A stretch of DNA of 42,409 bases from Chloroflexia bacterium (GTDB taxonomy: Bacteria; Chloroflexota; Chloroflexia; QHBQ01; JADMIH01): positions 1 to 42,409 of the forward strand of contig JBBSIX010000001.1 in NCBI GenBank assembly GCA_038231875.1. The letters run 5' to 3'. The notes beneath the pieces are model-generated. The model searched no databases. It was not told where the DNA came from and saw only the letters and a list, made by a program, of their open reading frames with translations. Positions 16,962 through 24,134 of the stretch are shown here, one piece after another. The position numbers were made by a program, and so were the translations under genes. The stretch's first letter is position 1. Every line of letters starts with the position of its first letter.

Positions 16962-17708
16962 CTACTCCTTTTTGTACTTACCTATAAGCTCTCGTGCCTT
17001 GTCGCGGCTGTTCCGCACCAGGTCTTCCTGGCGCAAGTCCCAGTTGGGACGCTCACGGTAGTCCAGATGGTAGATGATGTTGCTGTTTTGGACGTAGGTT
17101 GCACGGTTGAGCATGGGAAAGAGTTCCGTCAGGAAGGCGATCTCCCACACCTTCTTGTGGGCGCGCTGCTTGTCGAGCACGTCCACCGTAGTGTCGTAAT
17201 ACTCAAGCAGGATGTTACGCACCAACTTGTCCTGGTAGAACACCCCACCGGGGGAGTAGTGAGGGCGGTCGGCAAGGGCAGTACGCACAGTTGCCACGTT
17301 CTTGCAGTAGGGAGCGAGCCAGCCGTAGGCCGGGTTGCTGTTGGTCCACTGTAGCATCTCGGTGATAGCGCGCGAGGGCATAACCACATCATCGTCGAAG
17401 AAGCAGATATTCGGCCCTTCCAGCGTTTCCAGCAAGGCAAGGCGGCCCAGGCTGAAAGCCCGCTTGTCGTCGCGCAGGTGCTCGTATGAACATGTAATTT
17501 CGCGGTCGGCGGCCAGGCGCAGCGTGGACTGCACCTCCTCGTTATTGATAATGGGCGTGGGCGCAGTATCTACGATGTGAATACGTATGCGGCGCTCGTC
17601 CTGAAGAAGCAGCGAAGACAGCGCCATAGACAAGGTTGGCTTGCCGATGGTAAGGATGCCTATCTCAAGCAAGGGCCGGTTTTGTTGGGTTGGAGGGTCT
17701 AAGCTCAA
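16962..17708 (-). CDS. GT-A fold glycosyltransferase (GT2-like), soluble
   Basis: N-terminal beta-strand IGILTIGKPTLSMALSSLL and the DxD-type motif ICFFDDDVVM. No TM segments. Confidence 0.6.
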   Translation of the reverse strand: MSLDPPTQQNRPLLEIGILTIGKPTLSMALSSLLLQDERRIRIHIVDTAPTPIINNEEVQSTLRLAADREITCSYEHLRDDKRAFSLGRLALLETLEGPNICFFDDDVVMPSRAITEMLQWTNSNPAYGWLAPYCKNVATVRTALADRPHYSPGGVFYQDKLVRNILLEYYDTTVDVLDKQRAHKKVWEIAFLTELFPMLNRATYVQNSNIIYHLDYRERPNWDLRQEDLVRNSRDKARELIGKYKKE

Positions 17709-17727
17709 AATCTAAACTGCCGTAGAA

Positions 17728-18171
17728 TTACGCATTGCGGCGCCTTATGTACAGAATATACCAGATACCCAGGGCAGCGGTAGCCGAGAGGGTGTCTATG
17801 GCGATGTCGGTGACGTGGAACTCACGCCGGGGCACGAATGCCTGATGTATCTCGTCCGAGGCGGCGTACAAACTCGAGATGAGCACCCCCACGCGCCACA
17901 TATTCAGCATCAGGGGCCGTGACAAGATGGCGCCCCTAGCAGTCCAGGTCGCCAGCAGGGCGCGGCCAACCAGCAAAGCCAACGCTGAGTACTCCCACAC
18001 GTGCGCCGACTTGCGTAGCGCCTGTGCAGAAGGTGGGCCTTGCACAAGGGTCCAGGTGTTCTGGGACGACGCATAGAAGATCGCCGCCATCCAGACAAGC
18101 ACGGGCCCCCAGGAAAAGATAAAGTTGCGCGCCCCCGATGCAGGCGCTTTGCTGCTGTTTGCTTTGACCAT
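17728..18171 (-). CDS. VanZ-family membrane protein
   Basis: Four TM helices and the conserved SDEIHQAFVPRREFHVTDIAIDTLSATAALGIW motif. Confidence 0.75.
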   Translation of the reverse strand: MVKANSSKAPASGARNFIFSWGPVLVWMAAIFYASSQNTWTLVQGPPSAQALRKSAHVWEYSALALLVGRALLATWTARGAILSRPLMLNMWRVGVLISSLYAASDEIHQAFVPRREFHVTDIAIDTLSATAALGIWYILYIRRRNA

Positions 18172-18182
18172 CGCTTACATGA

Positions 18183-18211
18183 GGATAGCAGAGGGGTGGG
18201 GCACTGTCAAG
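18183..18211 (-). promoter_or_regulatory. sigma70-like promoter of the vanZ-GT-flippase-yfhO operon (TTGACA-17 nt-TATCCT); near-leaderless
   Basis: The minus strand reads cTTGACAgtgccccacccctctgcTATCCTcatgtaagcgATG. The -10 ends only 10 nt before the vanZ ATG. Confidence 0.55.
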
Positions 18212-18223
18212 GTAAGGAAAGCG

Positions 18224-18410
18224 AGTAAGTGTTCAGATTTGGGGTTGAGGAAATTAGACCTGAGCATGTAGAGCCCACCCCATGGCCCCCCTCCCACACG
18301 TGGTATGGGGCTTTTAGATAGGAGAATAACAGGGGACACCCCGCCCCCCCGCTACGCTCATACCCCGTCAGGGGATTCTCCCCTGCACCCCAAGTGTGAA
18401 CATTTATGCT
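18224..18410. repeat. MITE-like dispersed repeat, family A, full-length copy 2 (187 bp)
   Basis: Ends GAGTAAGTGTTCAGATTTGGGGTT (18224-18247) and CACCCCAAGTGTGAACATTTATGC (18387-18410) are inverted and match the copy-1 ends (the right end is 20/24 against copy 1). Shared internal blocks GAGGAAATT, CCTCCCACACGTGG, GGGGACACCCC and CCCGCTACGCTCAT. Confidence 0.65.
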
Positions 18411-18415
18411 AGTTG

Positions 18416-18685
18416 GTGATTACCCACATCTCAAGCTACGTAGGCTACCGTGTTAGGGACTGAGGAGTACTACGTGTTGTCATTCCGAACAAAGTGAGGA
18501 ATCAGTGTGCCTTCATGACAGTAGGCGTATGTATGCATCAGTACGGCTTACATAACCAGGTATTCCACCATCGAGTGTCATACCGGTCTACTGATTCCTC
18601 GCTGTGCTCGGAATGACAAGGTGCAGTATGTGCTGTTTTCCCGGCACAGGCGTCCCAGCACAGCTTCAAACGTGGGTAATCACCA
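18416..18685. repeat. 270-bp nested inverted-repeat element: outer 22-bp arms and inner 30-bp arms around an 83-nt core
   Basis: Outer arms GGTGATTACCCACATCTCAAGC (18416-18437) and GCTTCAAACGTGGGTAATCACC (18664-18685), 19/22 complementary. Inner arms TTGTCATTCCGAACAAAGTGAGGAATCAGT (18478-18507) and ACTGATTCCTCGCTGTGCTCGGAATGACAA (18591-18620), 27/30 complementary. The stretches between the two arm pairs (40 and 43 nt) are non-complementary. Confidence 0.7.
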
Positions 18686-18767
18686 GAAGGCTAGAGGACA
18701 GGCACGCGGGTAGTGGTTCTGCTTCGCATTCAGGCTTCGCAACTCAGGACCCATACAGACCGTTGAT

Positions 18768-21305
18768 CTACTTCGTCTTTATACCGGGCGGCGTCGCAGT
18801 GGTCGTGGCTGTAGGGGTGAAGGTCGGCATGGCGGTGGAGGTTGTAGTGGCCGAAGGCGTGGAAGTAGCGGTAGCAGAAGCAGTGGCGGTGGGTGTAGGT
18901 GTATAGGTAGAGGTTGGCGTAGCTGTAGGGGTGGAGGTGGGCGGCACGGGCGTGTTCGTGGCCGTTGGGGTGGGGGTGGGCTGGTTGATAGCGAGGTACA
19001 CCATCTTGGTGATCTGCGCCCTCGATGTGTTGTTGGCGGGGCGGAAGTAGGGCCTACCCAGCGGGTCGCAAGGCTCGCCGGGGCCGCCGCACGGATAGCC
19101 GCCGATAATAGTATGCGCCGCCGCCGCCTCCACGAAAGCGTAGAAGGGCGAGCCGGGGGATACATCCGCGAAGGTGGGATTGGCCGGGTTGGGCACGTCC
19201 CACTGTGCCGACAGCACCACTATCTTGGTGATCTGCCCCCTTGTGATACTATTGCCGGGGCGGAAGTAGGGCCTACCTTGCGGGTCGCATGGTTCGCCCG
19301 GCCCGCCGCACGGATAGCCGCCAACGATGCTATAGTTCGCCGCAGTCTGTATGTAGGTGTAGAAGGGCGAGCCGGGCAGCACGTCGCTGAAACGCTGCTC
19401 GCCGTTCACCAGAGGGTAGCCGAACGCCAGCATCGTTATCTTGGTGAGCTGCCCCCTGGTCGTGGAGTTGGCGGGACGGAAAGTGCCGTCGGGATAGCCG
19501 CCGATCACTCCCATGTTCGCCAGCGCTTCGATGTACTGGTACGCCCAGAAGTCGGCAGGCACGTCTATGAAGCGTGTATTGACGGCAACTATCTGCTGCT
19601 GCGGGGCCACTGTGGTGCGGCGCGGCGGGAACGTCTCGATAACATAGGGAGTAACAGAGTAGGTCTGGTTGCCGTTCGTGTCGTTGGGAGCGATAGCGAG
19701 GCCGGCGCGCCAGGTGCCGTTGCTCGTGGTGCCGGCTACCAGATCGAAGTTGATCACCTGGTATGTGTTGTCGGGGAAGTTCACGTTGGCCTGCACGGTG
19801 TCTATCGGCGTGCCGTCGGCGTCGTTAGCATCCACCTCGATAGTGAGAGTCCCTCCCAGCCTGGTGAATTGCAGGCTGCTGTACCGGATGGCGCTTATCA
19901 CGGGCGGCCCGTCGGGTAGCGATGTAGGCGTCGGGGGGACAGGGGTCGAAGTGGGAGTAGCCGGCACGGGCGTGTAGGTGGGCGGCGGATAGAGCGCCTG
20001 CTGGGCGAGGGCGTTTTGGGCCGGGCGGTTTTTGACCGACCAGAAGCGGAAGGCGAAACAATTCTCGTACCAGGGTGCTTCGTTGAAGTCGAAGTTGAAC
20101 ACGAACATCGCACCCATCCAGGGCCAGTAGGAGCGTGCGTAGTTGTACGCCCGTACCATATAGTCGGCCTGCTGTTGAGGGGTGAAAACAAAATACCAGT
20201 CGGGAGGCGGGCAGTTCGAGCCTTCGGTGCGCGGGTCTATCGCCCAACCCATTTCGGTGGCCCAAATCTTCTTGGCCGCATCTCCGTACTGCACCATGAT
20301 GTCGCGGTGGCGCTCGGCCCGCCTGAAGATCAGGCGATTGCTGCCGCCGACTCCCACTGCCGCTTCGGGAGGCGATATAAACCCGTAGGGGTGGTCCGAG
20401 AGGATGTCGAAGTAGGGCCTGGCTCCTGCGCTGTACATCTGCTGGAGAAAAGCTATGTCGTCGAGGTGGCACTCCGCCGGCAGAGCCAGTTCACCAACGG
20501 TCGTGATCGCCCCCCCCACCACCTGAGCAGAGGGGTCTGCCGCCTTGATCTGCGGGTAAACCGCCCTGAGCAGTTCGGTGTAGCGCGCGGGGTCGGGGCA
20601 AAGATTACCCCACTCCTGACTGGTGTTCGGCTCATTCCAGATTTCATAGGCGACACCGTACGGCGTGAGGCTACGTACATGGGCCGCAAGCTGATAGCTG
20701 AAGCGCCCAAAATCGGCGGCGTTGCGGGGCGGGCAGGTGTCCACCGAGGAGCAAGCCGGGTCTCTCGCCCACCCCGGCGGTCTACTGACGCGGATAAGCA
20801 CATTCAGGCCGCTGTTGCGGGCTGCATTCACTATATTGTCCACGTTGCCCCAGTTGTAACTGCCGGGCGAAGGTTCGGCTTCTTTCCAGTAAACGCCATA
20901 CTGCACCCACCCGAAGCCCATGCTTCGGACGGTAGGATTGTTGCCCAATAGTGCCATGACAAAGCCGTACTGTATAACGTCGGTCTGGGGCTGAGCGGGC
21001 TGCTTGGCCTGGGGCGTTGCGGGCGCTACAGCAGCCGTGTTTGCGGAGGCGCCTGCCTCCGGGCCGGCGCCTCCCCCCACCAACAGCGCCCTCAGGACCA
21101 GGCAGAGCGCCGGTCCCACTCTATACCAGACAGGATTTATTTTGTGTGCTTGCCTCTCTGCCCGCTCCGATGATCCAGCCAATACTCTATTCCTTCCCTT
21201 GCATCCTATTATATAGCACCCCACACCAGGCGATGGAAAACCCTCCGTCATGTGTGGCTCATTATAGTTAACGCCCGGCACCCCTGTTCGGTTGCTCATT
21301 TTCAT
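18768..21305 (-). CDS. secreted clan GH-A (GH5/GH39-like) glycoside hydrolase with a beta-sandwich module, three SLH domains and a Pro/Thr-rich C-terminal tail
   Basis: Catalytic-type motifs AYEIWNEPN (acid/base) and IWATEMGW (nucleophile). SLH-type repeats FIDVPADFWAYQYIEALANMGVIGGYPDGTFRP, FSDVLPGSPFYTYIQTAANYSIVGGYPCGGPGEPCDPQGRPYFRP and FADVSPGSPFYAFVEAAAAHTIIGGYPCGGPGEPCDPLGRPYFRP. Start codon uncertain (21305 or 21251). Confidence 0.8.
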   Translation of the reverse strand: MKMSNRTGVPGVNYNEPHMTEGFPSPGVGCYIIGCKGRNRVLAGSSERAERQAHKINPVWYRVGPALCLVLRALLVGGGAGPEAGASANTAAVAPATPQAKQPAQPQTDVIQYGFVMALLGNNPTVRSMGFGWVQYGVYWKEAEPSPGSYNWGNVDNIVNAARNSGLNVLIRVSRPPGWARDPACSSVDTCPPRNAADFGRFSYQLAAHVRSLTPYGVAYEIWNEPNTSQEWGNLCPDPARYTELLRAVYPQIKAADPSAQVVGGAITTVGELALPAECHLDDIAFLQQMYSAGARPYFDILSDHPYGFISPPEAAVGVGGSNRLIFRRAERHRDIMVQYGDAAKKIWATEMGWAIDPRTEGSNCPPPDWYFVFTPQQQADYMVRAYNYARSYWPWMGAMFVFNFDFNEAPWYENCFAFRFWSVKNRPAQNALAQQALYPPPTYTPVPATPTSTPVPPTPTSLPDGPPVISAIRYSSLQFTRLGGTLTIEVDANDADGTPIDTVQANVNFPDNTYQVINFDLVAGTTSNGTWRAGLAIAPNDTNGNQTYSVTPYVIETFPPRRTTVAPQQQIVAVNTRFIDVPADFWAYQYIEALANMGVIGGYPDGTFRPANSTTRGQLTKITMLAFGYPLVNGEQRFSDVLPGSPFYTYIQTAANYSIVGGYPCGGPGEPCDPQGRPYFRPGNSITRGQITKIVVLSAQWDVPNPANPTFADVSPGSPFYAFVEAAAAHTIIGGYPCGGPGEPCDPLGRPYFRPANNTSRAQITKMVYLAINQPTPTPTATNTPVPPTSTPTATPTSTYTPTPTATASATATSTPSATTTSTAMPTFTPTATTTATPPGIKTK

Positions 21306-21319
21306 CTACGCCGGCACAG

Positions 21320-21350
21320 TTTTCCACAGGATGTGGAAAAGTTATGCACA
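21320..21350. promoter_or_regulatory. candidate operator: perfect 9-3-9 palindrome of DnaA-box-like nonamers plus a third box
   Basis: TTTTCCACA gga TGTGGAAAA (21320-21340) followed by TTATGCACA (21342-21350). All three fit TTWTNCACA. Located in the divergent region between the GH-SLH gene and the carboxypeptidase gene. Confidence 0.4.
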
Positions 21351-21370
21351 TAGCTTCCGCCTGATATAAT
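21342..21370 (+). promoter_or_regulatory. extended -10 promoter for the D,D-carboxypeptidase gene
   Basis: TGATATAAT at 21362-21370 (TGn + TATAAT). The -35 is weak (TTATGC at 17-nt spacing). GAGGT SD before the ATG at 21433. Confidence 0.45.
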
Positions 21371-21432
21371 CTTTAAGCCCTAGGTTCTCTAGCTTAGAGT
21401 GACCTATCCCTGTACACAGTTGAGGTTGTCCC

Positions 21433-23139
21433 ATGCCCGTTCCTCGTCTGCTCTCAAGGCTTCATTCTATCTTCGCCGCCCTGCTCGCCCTGCTACTGTT
21501 GATTGTCACAGCTCCCCTGTTCGCAGGCTCTGCCATTGCCGGGGAGGCACAGCAAGCGGAGGCGAGTCCGCCGGAGATCAGCGCCAGGGCAGCGGTGCTT
21601 GTCGAATACCCCTCCGGGCGCGTGCTGTACGACAAGGCGATGCACGACCGCCTTCCCCCCGCCAGCACCACCAAGATTATGTCGGCGATACTGGCCCTGG
21701 AGTACGGCAAGCTGGACGAGCAGTTCGCCGTTACCGAAGCAGACCTTGTGGGCGAGTCGACGATGGGCCTCAAGAGCGGCGAGCAGCAGAGTTTGCGCGA
21801 TCTTATTTACGGCATGATGCTGCCTTCGGGCAACGATGCAGCGATGGTGGTGGCGCGCAATCTGGCCGCCAAAGCCGGTGCGGGTGACCCTGCCGTAACA
21901 GACCCGATTGCCCGCTTCGCTGAGATGATGAATATGCGTGCCGGGCAGCTGGGCTTGAGGGACACTCATTTTTTGACCCCGCACGGCCTGGACGCCGACG
22001 GCCATTACTCAAGCGCCTACGACATGGCCTCCCTTTCCTGGTATGCCTTGCACTTCCCGCTCTTCAACGAAGTGGTCAAGCAGGTGGGCTACGAAGCGCC
22101 CGGCCATCCCCTGCTGAACACCAATGAAATGCTCACCCGTTACATCGGGGCCGATGGCATAAAAACCGGCTGGACCGATGCCGGGGGGCTTTGTCTGGTG
22201 ACTTCGGCCACCCGCGACGGCCACAGGCTGATTTCTGTGGTGCTCAACGCGCCCAGGTGGTACGCCGACAGCACTGCCTTGCTCAACTATGGGTTCGCCC
22301 AACTCGCTGCCAGACCGACGGACGCGGGGGCCGAGGCGCTGGACGTGACCAGGCGGGGCACGGTGGACTGGCTGATGCAAAACGGTTCGCCGCCCCCGTT
22401 ACTGCCGGCGACGATGGCGCAGGGGGGTGGGTCCGCATCCACTTCACAGCAGGAGGCCGGCGGACCGGCAGTGCAGGCTGCTCCCCCTGTTGACGAGAAG
22501 GCATCGAAAGCCGCAATGGTCAACAGTCTGCTCTTGTCGCAGAGGGGCGGGCAGCCGAATCTACCCTGGGCGTTGTTGATAAGCGGGCTGCTCGGCGTGA
22601 CTATATTCTACGCGCTGGCGATAAGGCTGTGGGGCGTCAGACCGCGCCTCGCGCACATGCCTGCAAGCCTTCTCAGCCGATTGCCCGCTTTGCCTGTGCT
22701 GCGGGTGGGCGGGCGCACTAAGGTTGCGCGGCCCACGCCGCAGAGGGCCGGGCCGGAGCTTGTGCCGGACTATACACCGCGCACTGTGGCCGGCGGCTCT
22801 GCCCTACGCCGCCGTGAGCCAAACCTGATGCTGACCGACCAGCAAGTGTGCGCGGTACACCTGGCGCGGGCGGTCGAGTTGGCCTGGGAAGGGCGGCAAG
22901 GCTCCAGCATGTCCGAGTTCTTGCTGGCGTTGCGGGCGGCGGGCGGCCTGGACGTGGCCGAGGTAGCCGAGATACACAGGCTAAACGCCGTTGCGTTCCT
23001 GGCTCTGTCGAGCGCGCAAATGGCGGCGGCACACGTTGCGGCGGCGCACGACACCCTCTTGCACGGCACGCTGGTGCTGCCTCACGAGCGTATGTTGCTG
23101 CTGGCTTTCCGGCAGCTTGAAATGCACATGTGCGCCTGA
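21433..23139 (+). CDS. D-alanyl-D-alanine carboxypeptidase (S11, PBP5/DacB-like) with a C-terminal linker, TM helix and a helical tail of about 165 aa with unknown function
   Basis: Signal peptide followed by SxxK (PPASTTKIMS), SxN (LPSGNDAA) and KTG (GIKTGWT). TM LPWALLISGLLGVTIFYALAIRLWG. The tail has no motif I recognise. Confidence 0.85.
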   Translation: MPVPRLLSRLHSIFAALLALLLLIVTAPLFAGSAIAGEAQQAEASPPEISARAAVLVEYPSGRVLYDKAMHDRLPPASTTKIMSAILALEYGKLDEQFAVTEADLVGESTMGLKSGEQQSLRDLIYGMMLPSGNDAAMVVARNLAAKAGAGDPAVTDPIARFAEMMNMRAGQLGLRDTHFLTPHGLDADGHYSSAYDMASLSWYALHFPLFNEVVKQVGYEAPGHPLLNTNEMLTRYIGADGIKTGWTDAGGLCLVTSATRDGHRLISVVLNAPRWYADSTALLNYGFAQLAARPTDAGAEALDVTRRGTVDWLMQNGSPPPLLPATMAQGGGSASTSQQEAGGPAVQAAPPVDEKASKAAMVNSLLLSQRGGQPNLPWALLISGLLGVTIFYALAIRLWGVRPRLAHMPASLLSRLPALPVLRVGGRTKVARPTPQRAGPELVPDYTPRTVAGGSALRRREPNLMLTDQQVCAVHLARAVELAWEGRQGSSMSEFLLALRAAGGLDVAEVAEIHRLNAVAFLALSSAQMAAAHVAAAHDTLLHGTLVLPHERMLLLAFRQLEMHMCA

Positions 23140-23157
23140 GTTGTTCTTCAAAGAGCG

Positions 23158-23195
23158 AAAAGAGCGCTTGCCTCAAAAGGGGCAGGCGCTCTTTT
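23158..23195. terminator. bidirectional intrinsic terminator between convergent genes
   Basis: AAAAGAGCGCTTGCC-tcaaaagg-GGCAGGCGCTCTTTT: a 15-bp stem (one G-U) with an A-run 5' and a T-run 3'. Confidence 0.75.
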
Positions 23196-23216
23196 GTTCA
23201 GGAGACGCGCGCTTGC

Positions 23217-24134
23217 TTATACGAAGCGGGGGTCGTCTTTCTCCGGCTGCTGTTGGCCTCCCGGGTTGCCTCCAAATAGGCCGCCCAAGCCTCCCTCGGC
23301 CTGGCCGCCTCCGAACAAGCCGCCTAGCGGCCCCTGACTTTGTTGCCCGCCGCCTGAGCCGCCAAGCATGTTGCCTATGCCCCCAAGCAAGCCTCCCAAG
23401 CCGCCGAGTGGGTCGTTTTGGCCGCCTTGCTGTGGATAGTTCGGCTGCTGAGTTTGGCCCCCGCCCCCCAAGCCGCCGCTCATGATAGCTCCGAGCACGC
23501 TGGGCAGCAGCGCACCGACTATACCGCCTATCACATTGGTCGCTGAGGCCGCCCCAGGGTCAATGTAGCCGCGTGGGGTTTGCCCGCGCTGGGCGTTGCT
23601 GCCGAAGCCGCTCCAGGGAGACTGGCTTGTACTGCGAGCGCCCATGACTGCGCCTCCAAGCGCCTGGAGCGCCGCTTGCCTTTCGTCCTGCCCGCTGTTC
23701 CTGGCGCTCGTAAAGTCCTGCACGGCGGGGAGGAGCGCGTCCAGCATGCTGCCCTGGCCGGGCTGCGCGGGATTGTCTCTCTGAGCGCCGCCCGCCAGCG
23801 AACGCAACAGCGGCAGCACGTCGTCCTGTGATATTCCTTGCCGGCCTCTAAAGTGTTGTGCCGCTTCCTGTAAGCCGTTAGCGTAGTAGTTGACCGACTG
23901 GCCTCGCCCAGTGCGGCGCATCGCCTCGGCTGCGGCCTCGAACTGTTGTCCCGCGTCTCGGCCTTGCTGTTGCTGGGCCGCCTGTGCCGCCGCCCTGAAC
24001 GCCTCTACCATCCTGTTGCCGTGGGTGCCTCCGTGCTGCGCACTGGTGCTGTTCAGCCCCGATTCGTTTCGCTGCAACATCTGCACAACCGAATTGAGCA
24101 CTTCGCCCACACTGACTTCTCTGTTGTTGTCCAC
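23217..24134 (-). CDS. hypothetical protein: helical Gln/Ala-rich N-terminal domain of about 190 aa plus a Gly/Gln/Leu-rich low-complexity C-terminus
   Basis: GTG start at 24134 with GGAGGT 8 nt upstream. Codon usage is consistent with the neighbouring genes. C-terminal GGLGGLLGGIGNMLGGSGGGQQSQGPLGGLFGG repeats. No family recognised by eye. Confidence 0.65.
   Translation of the reverse strand: MDNNREVSVGEVLNSVVQMLQRNESGLNSTSAQHGGTHGNRMVEAFRAAAQAAQQQQGRDAGQQFEAAAEAMRRTGRGQSVNYYANGLQEAAQHFRGRQGISQDDVLPLLRSLAGGAQRDNPAQPGQGSMLDALLPAVQDFTSARNSGQDERQAALQALGGAVMGARSTSQSPWSGFGSNAQRGQTPRGYIDPGAASATNVIGGIVGALLPSVLGAIMSGGLGGGGQTQQPNYPQQGGQNDPLGGLGGLLGGIGNMLGGSGGGQQSQGPLGGLFGGGQAEGGLGGLFGGNPGGQQQPEKDDPRFV

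Noticed and set aside
18780-18960. Apparent short tandem DNA repeats (GGTGGAGG / GTAGGGGT / GCGGTGG-type units) that could be mistaken for a microsatellite or CRISPR-like array
   Set aside because: They are the coding sequence of the Pro/Thr/Ala/Ser-rich C-terminal tail of the GH-SLH protein. The units are irregular, have no unique spacers, and keep the reading frame.
20016-20951. 311-aa plus-strand ORF inside the GH-SLH gene
   Set aside because: It is antisense to the glycoside hydrolase catalytic domain, which has clear NEP/TEMGW motifs. It has no independent signals.
21320-21350. Chromosomal replication origin (oriC), suggested by three DnaA-box-like nonamers
   Set aside because: There are only three boxes, with no adjacent A/T-rich unwinding element or 13-mer repeats. 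No dnaA, dnaN or other origin-linked genes are nearby. The boxes overlap an ordinary promoter, so an operator role is more plausible.
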